In this document: in pieces, positions 9,586 to 22,539 of the stretch | Position numbering within the stretch: the first letter of the stretch is position 1 | Layout: every line of letters starts with the position of its first letter | Source of the DNA: Candidatus Nitrotoga sp. 1052 | GTDB taxonomy: Bacteria > Pseudomonadota > Gammaproteobacteria > Burkholderiales > Gallionellaceae | Direction of reading: 5' to 3' | Length of the DNA: 64,000 nucleotides | Assembly (NCBI RefSeq): GCF_927312905.1 | Contig: NZ_CAKMHQ010000045.1 | Location: 58,229 to 122,228 of the forward strand | The notes under the pieces: generated by a model | Database searches by the model: none | The model's input: only the letters and a program-made list of their open reading frames with translations | Told to the model about the DNA's origin: nothing | Program-made: the position numbers and the translations under genes

Positions 9586-10965
9586 CTATCTTTCGTTCAC
9601 ACTCATGTCTAGACTGGGTAAAGACTCCCCCTTTTCTATTAATTCCACACGCGCCCAACCATGCGCGAAGGTGATATCGAGGCGTGCGCCTACAGGCAAA
9701 GCAGCGCTGTCTAAAATAATTGCACCATGTGCATCACGCACCACACTGTAGCCGCGCGCCAGCACCTGCTGCGGATCGAGATGGTCGAGATGTTGCTGTA
9801 AGGCGTCTAGGCGGGTATTGTGGCGTTCCAGTGTACGATGCATGACTTCCAGCAGGTGGTGAGCCAAAATTGTCTGTCGTGCGCCAAGCTGTTCAATGTT
9901 TGGACATACCGCACGTAAACGCCGCTGCAACGACTGCCAACGCCATTGTTGGCGCTGCAAAATATAGGTTAGCACGGTCTGCAAGCGTTGCTGCAGATGG
10001 TTAAGATGCTGAGTTTGTTGCTGCACTCGCTGTGCGGGGTGTACCAGGCGACGCTGCAAGTAATCGAGCTGCTGCATTACGCGTTCGAATTGGCGCTGCT
10101 TGCCGCGTGCTAATCGCTGTGCCAAATGGTACACGCGTTGCAACAACTCCTGCCGCTCCGGCACAACCAGTTGCGCTGCCGCAGTGGGTGTAGCAGCACG
10201 CTGATCAACGACAAAATCAGCAATAGTAAAATCAGTTTCGTGCCCAATGCCGCTCACCACCAGAATACGACTGGCGAAAATGGCACGCGCCACTATTTCT
10301 TCGTTAAACGCCCATAAATCCTCGATGCTGCCACCACCGCGACATAACATCAGCACGTCGCACTCCGCGCGCTCATTAGCCAATCGAATGGCTTGCGCGA
10401 TCTTTTGCGCCGCTCCCTCCCCCTGTACCGGGGTGGGATACAGCACGACAGGAACACTTGGCATACGCTTAGCCAAGGTAATCAACACATCGCATAACGC
10501 TGCTGCCTGCGGCGAGGTGATAATGCCAATTTGTGCAGGGAAGAACGGCAGCGGCCGTTTTCGCGCAGCATCGAACAGCCCCTCGGCTTCCAGTTTGCGT
10601 TTGAGGCGCTCGAACGCATCATACAACGCACCCAGTCCCGCTGGCCGCATCTGCTCCAGCGTCAACTGAAATTCACCACGAGCTTCATACAACGTGGCCA
10701 GAGCCAACACCTCCACTTGCATGCCATTTTTTGGTAGCCAGTCAAGGTACTGACTTTTGTGGCGGAACATCACGCAGCGCACCTGCGCCTGCTCATCTTT
10801 CAGGGAAAAATACCAATGCCTGGAAGTAGCACAGACAAAATTGGAAATCTCGCCGCGCACCCATAACAGCGGCAAGCCATTTTCCAATATCTGCTTGGCA
10901 GCCATATTGAGCTCTTGCACACTGAATATATGATTTTTTTCATCTTCAACTAATTTAAAAATCAT
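9586..10965 (-). CDS. xseA: Exodeoxyribonuclease VII large subunit
   Basis: N-terminal OB-fold ([16 protein letters not shown]...[10 protein letters not shown]), central catalytic region, and a long Q/R-rich C-terminal coiled coil. 459 aa. Confidence 0.8.
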   Translation of the reverse strand: MIFKLVEDEKNHIFSVQELNMAAKQILENGLPLLWVRGEISNFVCATSRHWYFSLKDEQAQVRCVMFRHKSQYLDWLPKNGMQVEVLALATLYEARGEFQLTLEQMRPAGLGALYDAFERLKRKLEAEGLFDAARKRPLPFFPAQIGIITSPQAAALCDVLITLAKRMPSVPVVLYPTPVQGEGAAQKIAQAIRLANERAECDVLMLCRGGGSIEDLWAFNEEIVARAIFASRILVVSGIGHETDFTIADFVVDQRAATPTAAAQLVVPERQELLQRVYHLAQRLARGKQRQFERVMQQLDYLQRRLVHPAQRVQQQTQHLNHLQQRLQTVLTYILQRQQWRWQSLQRRLRAVCPNIEQLGARQTILAHHLLEVMHRTLERHNTRLDALQQHLDHLDPQQVLARGYSVVRDAHGAIILDSAALPVGARLDITFAHGWARVELIEKGESLPSLDMSVNER

Positions 10966-11353
10966 ATTGACATTCTTGAATAATCCACAATTTGAAGAAA
11001 GATGCCATATTTACACCAAAATTATAGCGTAACATTTTGGCAATTTATGATATGCATTTGTTTTTATTGTAATTTTTTAAAAAGCACATAAATTAAGCAG
11101 GCAACCAAAATTGGTTACTTGATAAGCAGTTAAGCACCATTTCTAATCCCTTTTCCACATAGTTATCCACAATTTTTGTGCATGAATAAACATTCATGGC
11201 TTCCTCACTCGATGACATTGTTTAACCTATCTAATCAATCATGATACAAACTTAAGGGGCAATCAAGCTAGAGTAGCTGGAGAAATCTTGCTCAAACAAG
11301 TGCGACCAGATACAGTTCCGCTTTATTAATTTAAGCATATTTGGAGAAATTCA

Positions 11354-11962
11354 GTGTTTGCACTTGTAGAAGCGGCTGGTTGGCCGATTTGGTTTCTGAT
11401 AGTTGCATCTGTAATTGCCGTTGCGTTAATTGCAGAACGCTTGATGACCCTGCGCAGCAAAAAAATTGCACCCGCAGAGCTATTCAACGAAGTGGTCCAT
11501 GAACTTAAACAGCGCGGCGTCAGCGATGCCATGCTTTCCCGTTTGGAGGCAGAATCCCCGCTCGGTCGTATCTTCGCCGCTGGCCTTAAGAACATTAAAA
11601 GCCCATCTTCAGTGATGAAAGAATCTGTCGAGGAAGCAGGGCGCGCCGCCGCACACGAGCTTGAACGTTTTCTCACTACATTAGGCACAATCGCTTCAAT
11701 AAGCCCGCTGTTAGGCCTATTCGGCACGATGGTGGGAATGATTGAAATTTTCGGTGTGCAAAATACTGCAGAAAATGCCCCTGCCGCACTCGCCCATGGC
11801 ATCTCGATAGCCTTATACAACACGGCATTCGGCCTGATGGTGGCTATCCCCAGTATGATTTTCTATCGCCATTTCCGCGCTAAGGTAGATGGTCTGACTA
11901 TCGAAATGGAACAGCAAGCAATTAAGCTGATTGAAATCATACATGGCGCACGCCGAGGTTAA
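11354..11962 (+). CDS. exbB: MotA/TolQ/ExbB proton-channel family protein (ExbB-like)
   Basis: Three transmembrane helices and the conserved LGLFGTMVGMIEIF...ALYNTAFGL motif region. GTG start behind a ggag ribosome-binding site. Confidence 0.7.
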   Translation: MFALVEAAGWPIWFLIVASVIAVALIAERLMTLRSKKIAPAELFNEVVHELKQRGVSDAMLSRLEAESPLGRIFAAGLKNIKSPSSVMKESVEEAGRAAAHELERFLTTLGTIASISPLLGLFGTMVGMIEIFGVQNTAENAPAALAHGISIALYNTAFGLMVAIPSMIFYRHFRAKVDGLTIEMEQQAIKLIEIIHGARRG

Positions 11963-11965
11963 GCC

Positions 11966-12379
11966 ATGAACTTTCAGCGCGGCCGCATGCGTGATGAACC
12001 AGAAATCAACCTGATTCCAATGATAGATATATTTTTGGTAATCATAATTTTTCTAATGGTGTCGACCACATACACCAAATTCTCCGAACTGCAGATTAAC
12101 CTGCCGCAGGCCAGTGGCGATGAAACGACTTCGCAAGCAAAACAAATCAATGTGTCAGTAGATGCTTCGGAGCATTACGCCATCAACAACGCGGCCACGA
12201 CATTCAATAACGTACAGAATATGTCGCAAGCGCTGCGGGCAGCCGCAGGCGAACAAAAAGATCCGACCATCGTTATTAACGCCGATGCCAAGGCGCCGCA
12301 CCAAGCCGTAATTAACATCATGGAAGCAGCGCGCCTCGCTGGTTATGGCCGCATTACATTCACCACCAGCCGAAAATAA
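11966..12379 (+). CDS. exbD: ExbD/TolR biopolymer transport protein
   Basis: INLIPMIDIFLVIIIFLMV single transmembrane helix followed by a periplasmic domain. Follows exbB by 4 nt. Confidence 0.7.
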   Translation: MNFQRGRMRDEPEINLIPMIDIFLVIIIFLMVSTTYTKFSELQINLPQASGDETTSQAKQINVSVDASEHYAINNAATTFNNVQNMSQALRAAAGEQKDPTIVINADAKAPHQAVINIMEAARLAGYGRITFTTSRK

Positions 12380-12397
12380 CGGGCGCAGGCTAAGCGA

Positions 12398-13390
12398 ATG
12401 CAGTGGCTAGAGCAACACTGGTATCGCACCACTCCGCTACACCTCATCCTGTTGCCTGTCAGTTTCATATTCCACATGCTGGCGGCAACCCGACGTGCGC
12501 TTTACCGTAGCGGCATTTTAACTTGCGTGAAGCTGCCGGTACCTGTCATCGTGGTGGGCAATATTACCGTTGGCGGCAGCGGGAAAACACCGCTCACACT
12601 ATGGCTGGCGCAGCAATTAATCGATAGCGGCTGGCATCCCGGCATTATCAGCCGCGGTCACGGTGGCGCCACTACATCCCCGCTGGCCGTGCATGCGTCA
12701 AGCAGCCCCGATGAGGTCGGGGATGAAGCAGTGCTGATGGCACAACGCAAGCTGTGTCCAGTGTGGATCGGGCGCAACCGCGTTGGCGCAGCTCGCGCGC
12801 TGTTACAGGCTCACCCCGAATGCGATATCGTGCTTAGCGATGATGGCCTGCAACATTACCGCTTGCAGCGCGATTTTGAAATCGCGGTAGTAGATGGTAC
12901 ACGTCGCTTTGGCAATGGCTTCCTGCTCCCGGCCGGTCCGTTGCGTGAACCACTATCACGCCTGACTGAGGTGGATGCCGTAGTCGTTAACGGGGGAATG
13001 GCCACCAACGGCCAACACAGCATGCAATTACATGGCGAGAGTTTTTACAACCTGCTCAATCCGAGTACCATAGCCCAAGTTGCCGATTTTTACGGCCAAC
13101 GTCTGCACGCCATTGCCGGGATCGGCCACCCGCAACGCTTTTTCACGCATCTGAACCGTCTTGGTTTGAAGGCACAAGCCCACCCTTTCCCCGACCACCA
13201 TCGCTTCACGCCCGCCGATCTGGATTACACTGATGCAGACGCAATACTCATGACGGAAAAAGATGCGGTAAAATGCACAACATTCGCCAACGAAAAATGC
13301 TGGGTGCTGCGCGTGGATGCGCAGCTGGATTCCTTGCTTACCCAACAAATTCTAGAAAAGGTTACTCCTGATGGATGCCAAACTGCTTGA
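12398..13390 (+). CDS. lpxK: Tetraacyldisaccharide 4'-kinase
   Basis: P-loop [12 protein letters not shown] and the LpxK length and synteny (followed by trm112 and kdsB). Confidence 0.8.
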   Translation: MQWLEQHWYRTTPLHLILLPVSFIFHMLAATRRALYRSGILTCVKLPVPVIVVGNITVGGSGKTPLTLWLAQQLIDSGWHPGIISRGHGGATTSPLAVHASSSPDEVGDEAVLMAQRKLCPVWIGRNRVGAARALLQAHPECDIVLSDDGLQHYRLQRDFEIAVVDGTRRFGNGFLLPAGPLREPLSRLTEVDAVVVNGGMATNGQHSMQLHGESFYNLLNPSTIAQVADFYGQRLHAIAGIGHPQRFFTHLNRLGLKAQAHPFPDHHRFTPADLDYTDADAILMTEKDAVKCTTFANEKCWVLRVDAQLDSLLTQQILEKVTPDGCQTA

Positions 13391-13555
13391 AATCCTGGTT
13401 TGCCCATTGTGCAAATCCCCGCTGATTTACCGCAAAACCGAGCAAGAATTAATCTGCAAGGCGGATCGTCTGGCATTCCCTATACAGGATGACATTCCCG
13501 TAATGCTGGCAGATGAGGCGCGCAAACTTACCCCGGAAGAAATCGAACGGCTCCG

Positions 13556-13559
<4 letters not shown>
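13371..13559 (+). CDS. Trm112 family protein (YcaR/DUF343)
   Basis: 62 aa with CPLCKSPL...IPVML Trm112-like zinc-finger pattern. Overlaps the lpxK end and precedes kdsB as in other proteobacteria. Confidence 0.65.
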
Positions 13560-15434
<1,875 letters not shown>

Positions 15435-15437
15435 TTT

Positions 15438-16028
15438 ATGCTTTACACCCTGTCAGGCCGCACACCGGAATTAAATGGGCAACAGCATTACATCGCGCCC
15501 AATGCCAGCGTCATCGGCTCAGTCATTCTCGAAAATAATGTCAGCATCTGGTTCAACGTGGTAATTCGTGGCGACAATGAACCTATCCGCATCGGCGAAA
15601 ACAGCAACGTTCAGGATGGCGTAGTAATGCACACCGACCCCGGCGCGCCGCTCACCTTAGGCAAAAACGTCACTGTCGGCCACATGGCAATGCTGCACGG
15701 CTGCACCATCGGCGACGGCAGCTTGATCGGCATCCACAGCACCATTCTTAATCATGCCGTAATCGGCCGCAACTGCCTGATAGGCGCGAACACACTGATT
15801 ACCGAAGGCAAAGTAATCCCGGACAATTCACTGGTGGTAGGTTCGCCCGGAAAAGTAATGCGCAGCCTGAAAGAAGAAGAAATCGCAGCCCTGCATGCCA
15901 ATGCTGCGCGCTACGTGGTAAATATTGGTCGCTATCGGGAGTCGTTGGTGCACGTAGGGGCAAAAGATTTTTTGCCCCTACAATCTTTTGCCCCTACAAA
16001 AGATAAACATGGCGACATTCAATTCTGA
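15438..16028 (+). CDS. Gamma-class carbonic anhydrase family or hexapeptide-repeat protein, with its C-terminus rewritten by a REP insertion
   Basis: Left-handed beta-helix hexapeptide repeats with His ligands (VVMHTD...HMAMLHGC). The last ~25 codons ([26 protein letters not shown]) read through a REP palindrome. Confidence 0.7.
   Translation: MLYTLSGRTPELNGQQHYIAPNASVIGSVILENNVSIWFNVVIRGDNEPIRIGENSNVQDGVVMHTDPGAPLTLGKNVTVGHMAMLHGCTIGDGSLIGIHSTILNHAVIGRNCLIGANTLITEGKVIPDNSLVVGSPGKVMRSLKEEEIAALHANAARYVVNIGRYRESLVHVGAKDFLPLQSFAPTKDKHGDIQF
15954..15997. repeat. REP palindrome gtaggggcaaaagattttttgcccctac (28-bp perfect palindrome) plus an adjacent half copy
   Basis: Exact 28-mer at 15954-15981, followed by ttttgcccctac. 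Identical 28-mers recur at 16288-16315 and 16559-16586. Confidence 0.85.
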
Positions 16029-16536
16029 CACGCCCCACCGCAAATCTCTCCGCCTGCGTGGATATGATTATTCGCAGGCTGGTTTGTATTTCATTACCAT
16101 CTGCACGCATAAGCGGCTGCCGTTATTCGGAGAAATCGTTGATGGAAAAATGATGCAAAATGAGACTGGAATGATGGCAGAAAAATGTTGGTGTGCCATA
16201 CCCGATCATTTTTCGTGGGTCATGTTGGATGCGTTTATTGTCATGCCAAACCACGTGCATGGCTTTATCACCGTAGGGGCAAATGACGTAGGGGCAAAAG
16301 ATTTTTTGCCCCTACAATCAAAACCAAAACATGGCACATCCCGAATGATTGGATCAATTGTTCGGGGATTCAAAATTGGCGTTACCAAATGGTTTCGTTC
16401 CAATACAAATGTTCATGTCGTTTGGCAACGCAATTATTACGAACACATCATCCGCAATGACGAGGCGTACTTAAAAATTGCTGAATACATCCAGACCAAT
16501 CCCCAACGATGGGAAGAGGATATCTACCATATCTAA
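16009..16536 (+). CDS. REP-associated tyrosine transposase (RAYT, IS200/IS605 TnpA-like Y1 HUH enzyme)
   Basis: HUH motif HVHGFI and a catalytic Tyr region ([15 protein letters not shown]). About 175 aa. Flanked on both sides by REP palindromes. Start taken at ATG 16009 (MATFNSDT). Confidence 0.7.
   Translation: MATFNSDTPHRKSLRLRGYDYSQAGLYFITICTHKRLPLFGEIVDGKMMQNETGMMAEKCWCAIPDHFSWVMLDAFIVMPNHVHGFITVGANDVGAKDFLPLQSKPKHGTSRMIGSIVRGFKIGVTKWFRSNTNVHVVWQRNYYEHIIRNDEAYLKIAEYIQTNPQRWEEDIYHI
16273..16315. repeat. REP unit (partial plus full palindrome) lying inside the RAYT coding sequence, in frame
   Basis: gtaggggcaaa tgac gtaggggcaaaagattttttgcccctac. It encodes about 15 extra residues ([15 protein letters not shown]) between the HUH motif and the next conserved block. 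Confidence 0.8.
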
Positions 16537-16558
16537 TCTCACCGAATCCGCCATCAAT

Positions 16559-16586
16559 GTAGGGGCAAAAGATTTTTTGCCCCTAC
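16559..16586. repeat. REP palindrome, 3' flank of the RAYT gene
   Basis: Exact copy of the 28-bp palindrome, 23 bp after the RAYT stop. Confidence 0.85.
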
Positions 16587-16660
16587 AGGTGTAAGATAAA
16601 TTTCTGCATTACCAATCAATGGTTAAAAAATCAATAAATTCATATGGAGTTATCAGCCAC

Positions 16661-17920
16661 ATGACAAAGAAAAACGCATTTTATGCCCAATCCGGTGGCG
16701 TAACCGCAGTAATCAACGCATCGGCTTGCGGCGTGATCGAAACGGCGCGTGCACACAAGGACAAAATCGGCAAAGTCTATGCAGGCCGTAATGGCATCAT
16801 CGGCGCGCTGACTGAAGACCTGATCGATACGACCAAGGATTCCGCCAAGTCCATTGCGGCATTGCGCTACACGCCGTCCGGTGCATTCGGATCCTGCCGC
16901 TTCAAGCTGAAAGGTATTGAAGAAAACAGATTGCAGTATGAGCGGCTGATCGAAGTCTTCAAGGCACACAACATTGGTTATTTCTTTTATAACGGCGGCG
17001 GTGATTCCGCTGATACCTGCCTGAAAGTTTCACAGTTGGCTGAAAAAATGGGTTACCCCATTCAGGCAATCCATGTACCCAAAACAGTCGACAATGATTT
17101 GCCCATCACTGACTGTTGCCCTGGTTTCGGCTCGGTCGCAAAATATGTCGCCGTATCGGTACGCGAGGCCAGTTTTGACGTTGCTTCAATGGCCAAGACC
17201 TCAACCAAGGTATTCGTGGTGGAAGTGATGGGCAGACATGCTGGCTGGATAGCCGCCGCCGGTGGCTTGGCCTCGGATGTGAATTGCGAGTTGCCGATTA
17301 TTATTCTGTTTCCCGAAATCCCCTTCAACAAAGAAAAATTTCTGGCCAAAGTCGATGCCATGGTAAAGCAGCATGGCTATTGCTCAGTAGTGGTGTCAGA
17401 AGGCGTGCAAGGTGCAGACGGCAAATTTCTCTCCGACCAGGGGCTGCGAGATGCTTTCGGTCATGCCCAGCTGGGTGGCGTAGCGCCGGTGGTAGCCAAC
17501 ATGGTGAAAGATGGGCTGGGTTACAAATTCCATTGGGCGGTGGCTGATTACCTGCAACGTGCCGCGCGCCATATCGCTTCCAGGACCGACGTCGAACAGG
17601 CCTATGCGCTCGGCAAGGCTGCGGTGCAGCTGGCATTGAAGGGCGAAAACGCCGTCATGCCTACCGTTGTTCGTCTCGCCGACAAGCCCTACAAGTGGAA
17701 AATTGGCGTTGCCCAACTCAAAAACGTGGCTAATGTAGAAAAAAAAATGCCGCGCAACTTTATTACCAAGGATGGGTTCGGCATCACCGACAAGTGCCGT
17801 GCATACCTCGCTCCGCTGATCAAGGGCGAAGATTACCCACCTTACAAAGACGGCTTGCCCCAGTACGTTCGGCTCAAGAATGTGGCGATACCCAAGAAAC
17901 TAGACGATTTCAAGATATAG
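16661..17920 (+). CDS. pfp: Pyrophosphate-dependent 6-phosphofructokinase (PPi-PFK)
   Basis: PFK fold motifs GGDGS-like (GGGDSADT), PKTVDNDL, MGRHAGW. About 420 aa, the PPi-type length. Directly upstream of the H+-PPase gene. Confidence 0.7.
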   Translation: MTKKNAFYAQSGGVTAVINASACGVIETARAHKDKIGKVYAGRNGIIGALTEDLIDTTKDSAKSIAALRYTPSGAFGSCRFKLKGIEENRLQYERLIEVFKAHNIGYFFYNGGGDSADTCLKVSQLAEKMGYPIQAIHVPKTVDNDLPITDCCPGFGSVAKYVAVSVREASFDVASMAKTSTKVFVVEVMGRHAGWIAAAGGLASDVNCELPIIILFPEIPFNKEKFLAKVDAMVKQHGYCSVVVSEGVQGADGKFLSDQGLRDAFGHAQLGGVAPVVANMVKDGLGYKFHWAVADYLQRAARHIASRTDVEQAYALGKAAVQLALKGENAVMPTVVRLADKPYKWKIGVAQLKNVANVEKKMPRNFITKDGFGITDKCRAYLAPLIKGEDYPPYKDGLPQYVRLKNVAIPKKLDDFKI

Positions 17921-18070
17921 CTTAAACACCGCATAAAACATTACCCAACATATCCAATATTTAAAAAGGTCGCAACAACAAGCAAAATCTACCACCCCGT
18001 TATTCCCGCTTTCGCGGAAACAACGGTTGCTGAAATGGCATCTATCACGAATTACGTAAGGGAGAAACTT

Positions 18071-20098
18071 ATGTCTGGTGGGCTGATATTTTCGTTGTTA
18101 TGCGCAATGGCGGCACTCATATATGGAGCGGTTTCTGTTAGATGGATTTTGGCTCAGTCGACCGGCAACGATCGAATGCGCGAGATCGCTGCTGCAATAC
18201 AGGAAGGCGCTTCTGCCTACCTGAACCGGCAATACAGCACGATAGGCATCGTCGGTGCTACTCTGTTTCTGGTAATTTTGCTTATACCGGAGCTGGGTTG
18301 GAAAACCGCTATAGGCTTCGCCATCGGCGCGATTCTGTCGGGCCTAACCGGCTATATCGGTATGCACGTGTCAGTGCGCGCCAACGTGCGTACCGCACAA
18401 GCTGCACATGCCGGCCTCAACGCAGCTTTGAACTTAGCTTTCAAGGGCGGGGCCATCACCGGCATGTTGGTAGTCGGCTTGGGTCTGCTGGGTATAGCGG
18501 GTTACTACACCTTCCTCACTATTTCAATGGGCAGCACCCCTATGGAAGCAACCCATGCCTTGGTCGGCCTGGCTTTCGGCGGCTCGCTGATTTCTATTTT
18601 TGCCCGTCTTGGCGGCGGCATCTTCACCAAAGGTGCTGACGTAGGCGCAGACTTGGTGGGGAAAGTCGAAGTTGGCATCCCCGAGGATGACCCGCGCAAT
18701 CCAGCGGTGATTGCCGACAACGTCGGCGACAATGTCGGCGATTGCGCTGGCATGGCTGCCGACCTGTTTGAGACCTACGTCGTGACCATCATCGCCACCA
18801 TGCTTTTGGGTGGTTTGCTGATGGCCAATGCCGGCTCTAACGCGGTGATCTACCCACTGACGCTAGGCGGGTTCTCGATCATTGCTTCCATCATCGGCAC
18901 CTATTTCGTAACAGCACGGGAAGGCGGCAAGATCATGAACGCGCTCTACCGCGGCTTGATAGCATCTGCCGTGTTGGTGCTGATCGCCTTCTATCCCATC
19001 ACCCAGTGGCTAATGGGCGACAATGGCGTTTATTCCGTTAACGCGCTATATGGTTCGGCTCTCGTTGGGTTGGCACTGACGGCCACAATGGTGTGGATCA
19101 CCGAATACTACACAGCGACCGAGTACAGCCCGGTAAGACATATTGCTGAAGCCTCCACCACTGGCCACGGCACCAACGTGATCGCCGGTTTGGGAGTATC
19201 GATGAGGTCTACCGCTGCGCCAGTGTTAGCGGTGTGCATTGCCATCTGGAGTGCCTACGAACTGGCCGGTTTGTATGGTATCGCTATCGCCGCGACTTCA
19301 ATGCTCTCTATGGCTGGGATCATCGTGGCGATCGATGCCTTTGGCCCGATCACCGACAACGCCGGTGGTATTGCCGAAATGGCCAAGCTGCCGAATAACA
19401 TCCGCAACATCACTGATCCACTCGACGCAGTAGGCAATACCACCAAGGCCGTGACCAAGGGCTACGCCATCGGCTCCGCCGGCCTCGCGGCACTGGTGCT
19501 GTTTGCCGACTACACCCATGCGCTTTCCACTAATCACCCGGGATTGACTTTCGATTTATCTAATCACATGGTAATCATCGGCCTTTTCATCGGCGGCATG
19601 GTGCCCTACTTGTTCGCTGCCATGGCCATGGCAGCGGTCGGCCGCGCCGCCAGTTCTGTGGTGGTAGAAGTGCGCCGCCAATTCAAGGAAATTCCCGGCA
19701 TCTTGGAAGGTACCGGCAAGCCTGAATATGGAACCTGCGTTGATATGTTGACCAAAGCCGCTATCAAGGAAATGATCTTGCCCTCACTGCTGCCGGTCGC
19801 GGTCCCAGTAATTGTCGGTCTAGCCCTTGGCGCACAAGCATTGGGCGGCGTGCTCGTTGGCGCCATCGTGACTGGCATCTTCGTGGCAATTTCCATGACC
19901 AACGGTGGTGGCGCATGGGATAACGCCAAAAAGTATATTGAGGAAGGCAACTTCGGCGGCAAAGGCTCCGAAGCCCACAAGGCAGCGGTAACGGGCGATA
20001 CCGTCGGCGATCCTTATAAGGATACCGCTGGCCCTGCCATCAATCCGTTAATCAAAATCATGAACATTGTGGCGCTAATGATCGTGCCATTGTTATGA
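18071..20098 (+). CDS. hppA: Membrane-bound H+-translocating pyrophosphatase
   Basis: About 16 transmembrane helices. Conserved V-PPase motifs GGG(I/A)[25 protein letters not shown] and EYYT. Start chosen at ATG 18071 behind a strong gggaga ribosome-binding site. Confidence 0.85.
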   Translation: MSGGLIFSLLCAMAALIYGAVSVRWILAQSTGNDRMREIAAAIQEGASAYLNRQYSTIGIVGATLFLVILLIPELGWKTAIGFAIGAILSGLTGYIGMHVSVRANVRTAQAAHAGLNAALNLAFKGGAITGMLVVGLGLLGIAGYYTFLTISMGSTPMEATHALVGLAFGGSLISIFARLGGGIFTKGADVGADLVGKVEVGIPEDDPRNPAVIADNVGDNVGDCAGMAADLFETYVVTIIATMLLGGLLMANAGSNAVIYPLTLGGFSIIASIIGTYFVTAREGGKIMNALYRGLIASAVLVLIAFYPITQWLMGDNGVYSVNALYGSALVGLALTATMVWITEYYTATEYSPVRHIAEASTTGHGTNVIAGLGVSMRSTAAPVLAVCIAIWSAYELAGLYGIAIAATSMLSMAGIIVAIDAFGPITDNAGGIAEMAKLPNNIRNITDPLDAVGNTTKAVTKGYAIGSAGLAALVLFADYTHALSTNHPGLTFDLSNHMVIIGLFIGGMVPYLFAAMAMAAVGRAASSVVVEVRRQFKEIPGILEGTGKPEYGTCVDMLTKAAIKEMILPSLLPVAVPVIVGLALGAQALGGVLVGAIVTGIFVAISMTNGGGAWDNAKKYIEEGNFGGKGSEAHKAAVTGDTVGDPYKDTAGPAINPLIKIMNIVALMIVPLL

Positions 20099-20161
20099 AT
20101 CCGATTCAGTAGACCATTCAGCGTGCCATTGTTATGAATCCGATTCAGTAGACCATTCAGA
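20084..20161. repeat. Perfect tandem duplication (2 x 39 bp) spanning the hppA stop codon
   Basis: gtgccattgttatgaatccgattcagtagaccattcag repeated head-to-tail. The first unit contains the last codons and TGA of hppA. Confidence 0.8.
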
Positions 20162-20378
20162 GGGCTACCACTAAGCCCCCTTTTCTCGCCCTTATTTTAT
20201 ATTCGCTGAATGTTACAATTCGCATCTTTCAATGCGCACAAAAACTCTCATCATGAGTACAAGTTGGTCAAGATTCAGGACTCTTTTTTGTTGGACTAGC
20301 CTATTCAAAATCATGACCGAGGTTGCCAACTATCAAACGCACCGAAAAGACCCTCGTTCTAATCTTAAGGAATAAATA

Positions 20379-21236
20379 ATGACAGCTCGCATCATTGACG
20401 GCAAGGCCATCGCTCAGGAATTACGTGCTGAATGGAAGGTACGTGTGGATGCGCTAAAGGCGCACGGCATTACGCCGGGCTTGGCAGTCATCATCGTAGG
20501 TGAAGACCCTGCCTCAAAGGTGTATGTTGGCAACAAGGTAAAAGCCTGCGCCGAAATCGGGCTCTATTCCGAACATATCGCCCTGCCCGCCGACACACAA
20601 GAATCAACATTGCTGGCGAAAATTGCTGAACTGAATGTTAACCCCGCTATCCATGGTCTGCTGATACAACTACCCTTGCCCAATCACATCGACAGTCAAA
20701 AGGTGCTGGAAGCCATCAGCCCGAACAAGGACGTAGACGGATTCCATCCGATGAATGTCGGCGCATTAGTTACCGGCACTACCTTATTTCCGCCCTGCAC
20801 ACCATCTGGTACAATGAAACTGTTGGAGAAAATGGGCATCGAAATCGAAGGCAAACACGCCGTGGTAATTGGCCGTAGCAACATCGTCGGCAAACCAATG
20901 GCACTTATGCTGTTGCACAATAGTGCCACCGTCACCATCTGCACCTCCAAGACGGTGAATCTTGGCAAGCACACACGGGATGCCGACATTCTGGTGGTCG
21001 CTACTGGCAAACCTCGGATGATTACCGGCGATATGATCAAGCCCGGAGCAGTCGTGATTGACATCGGCATTAACCGTCTACCCAACGGCAAGCTAGTGGG
21101 CGACGTTGATTTTGAAAGTGCAAAAGAAGTGGCAGGCTACATCACCCCTGTGCCCGGCGGCGTCGGGCCAATGACTATCACCATGCTGATAGCGAATACC
21201 ATACAAGCAGCAGAACGTGCAGAAAAGCAAGAATAA
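20379..21236 (+). CDS. folD: Bifunctional methylenetetrahydrofolate dehydrogenase/cyclohydrolase
   Basis: [20 protein letters not shown] and PGGVGPMT motifs. Confidence 0.9.
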   Translation: MTARIIDGKAIAQELRAEWKVRVDALKAHGITPGLAVIIVGEDPASKVYVGNKVKACAEIGLYSEHIALPADTQESTLLAKIAELNVNPAIHGLLIQLPLPNHIDSQKVLEAISPNKDVDGFHPMNVGALVTGTTLFPPCTPSGTMKLLEKMGIEIEGKHAVVIGRSNIVGKPMALMLLHNSATVTICTSKTVNLGKHTRDADILVVATGKPRMITGDMIKPGAVVIDIGINRLPNGKLVGDVDFESAKEVAGYITPVPGGVGPMTITMLIANTIQAAERAEKQE

Positions 21237-21293
21237 CTATCATTCCAACAAAAGCGGAAATGACTAAACCTAAACCAACTCACAAGGAAAGAA

Positions 21294-21653
21294 ATGACTA
21301 CAACCACCACCCCCTCCGGACTGCAATATGAAGACATTACCATTGGCAGCGGAGGCACCGCTCAAGGCGGACACACCGTTACCGTACATTACACTGGCTG
21401 GCTTACAGATGGCACTAAATTCGATTCCAGCAAGGATAGAAACGATCCTTTCCAATTCACTCTCGGCGCAAGAGAAGTAATTGCTGGCTGGGATGAAGGT
21501 GTACAGGGCATGCAGGTTGGTGGCGTACGCAAACTGACTATTCCGGCATCACTGGGCTATGGCGCGCGTGGTGCAGGACGCGCCATTCCACCGAATGCGA
21601 CACTGGTGTTTGAAGTGGAGTTGCTGGAAGCGTTATACGCGCGCGGAGGATAA
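21294..21653 (+). CDS. FKBP-type peptidyl-prolyl cis-trans isomerase
   Basis: [16 protein letters not shown]...GWDEG...M.VGG...IP...YG FKBP signature. 119 aa. Confidence 0.8.
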   Translation: MTTTTTPSGLQYEDITIGSGGTAQGGHTVTVHYTGWLTDGTKFDSSKDRNDPFQFTLGAREVIAGWDEGVQGMQVGGVRKLTIPASLGYGARGAGRAIPPNATLVFEVELLEALYARGG

Positions 21654-21909
21654 ATCCATTAAGCGCGAATGCGCCGGTATTTAAATCGGAGCTGCCGGGG
21701 GTTAAAAATAGAGGTGTAGCGTGACAAGTTTGTCCACCATCAAAAAAGATCACCCGCGTAGACATGACAAAGTTTGCACTAGAGCCCCAAATGACAGGGG
21801 AAATGTTATTAAGGTAGACATTTCTTACAAAGAGTCACACAATAACTAAGCTGATAGAAAATAAAGCTTTTATCGGAGTAGCCTTCTCAACAAAACGAAA
21901 GGGAAAATC

Positions 21910-22530
21910 ATGAAACTGAAAAAAATAGCTTGTGCAGTTGCACTGCTGGGAGCAGGAAGCACTTTCATCGTACCCGCAGCAATAGCAGCACCCGCAACAG
22001 GTCAATCCGCGTATTACGTCGGCGCCAGCGTCGGTCAGTCGGAATTCAAAGACATCCCCCCTAGTTTGACAAATGTCGATGACAAGGATACTGGGTACAA
22101 GGTATATGGTGGCTATCAGATCAACCCAAACTGGGGAGTGGAAGCCACCTATTTTGACTTGGGCAAATTTACTGGTAATGAAACCGCGTTTAATGGCAGT
22201 ACCGTTGTTCCTGTCAGCGCATCTTCCAAAGTTACTGCTTGGGGATTAGCAGGTGTTTTTACGGCACCAATCAGTAATGGGTTTTCGGTATTCGGCAAGC
22301 TTGGTTTGGTTAGAAGCGAGCTAAAAACTAATTCTTCCGGTGTTGGTTTTTCAGCTCATCAAAAAGAATCCAGCACTGGCGCCAACTTCGGCTTCGGCGC
22401 TAAATATGATTTCACCCCGAATCTCGCCGTCCGTGCAGAGTGGGAGCGCTTAAAAAAGGTAGGGGATGACGCCACCACTGGTGAAACTGACATGGACTTC
22501 TTGTCGGCCGGTATCACATTTAAGTTCTGA
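21910..22530 (+). CDS. Outer-membrane beta-barrel protein (OmpA-like transmembrane domain or OmpW-like) with signal peptide
   Basis: Signal peptide with AIAAPA cleavage region. Alternating amphipathic beta-strands. C-terminal Phe (…ITFKF) typical of outer-membrane proteins. Confidence 0.55.
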   Translation: MKLKKIACAVALLGAGSTFIVPAAIAAPATGQSAYYVGASVGQSEFKDIPPSLTNVDDKDTGYKVYGGYQINPNWGVEATYFDLGKFTGNETAFNGSTVVPVSASSKVTAWGLAGVFTAPISNGFSVFGKLGLVRSELKTNSSGVGFSAHQKESSTGANFGFGAKYDFTPNLAVRAEWERLKKVGDDATTGETDMDFLSAGITFKF

Positions 22531-22539
22531 TGTTTTGTA

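Noticed and set aside
15954-16586. Three copies of a 28-bp repeat with spacers of about 300 bp could be read as a mini CRISPR array
   Set aside because: The repeat is a perfect palindrome. Spacing is irregular. The copies flank and interrupt a RAYT gene and lie inside coding sequence. This is a REP/RAYT system, not CRISPR, and no cas genes are present.
18142-19980. Multiple ORFs of 60-165 aa overlapping hppA on both strands
   Set aside because: They lie inside a well-supported 675-aa H+-PPase gene in a GC-rich, low-stop-density region. They have no motifs or ribosome-binding sites. They are spurious.
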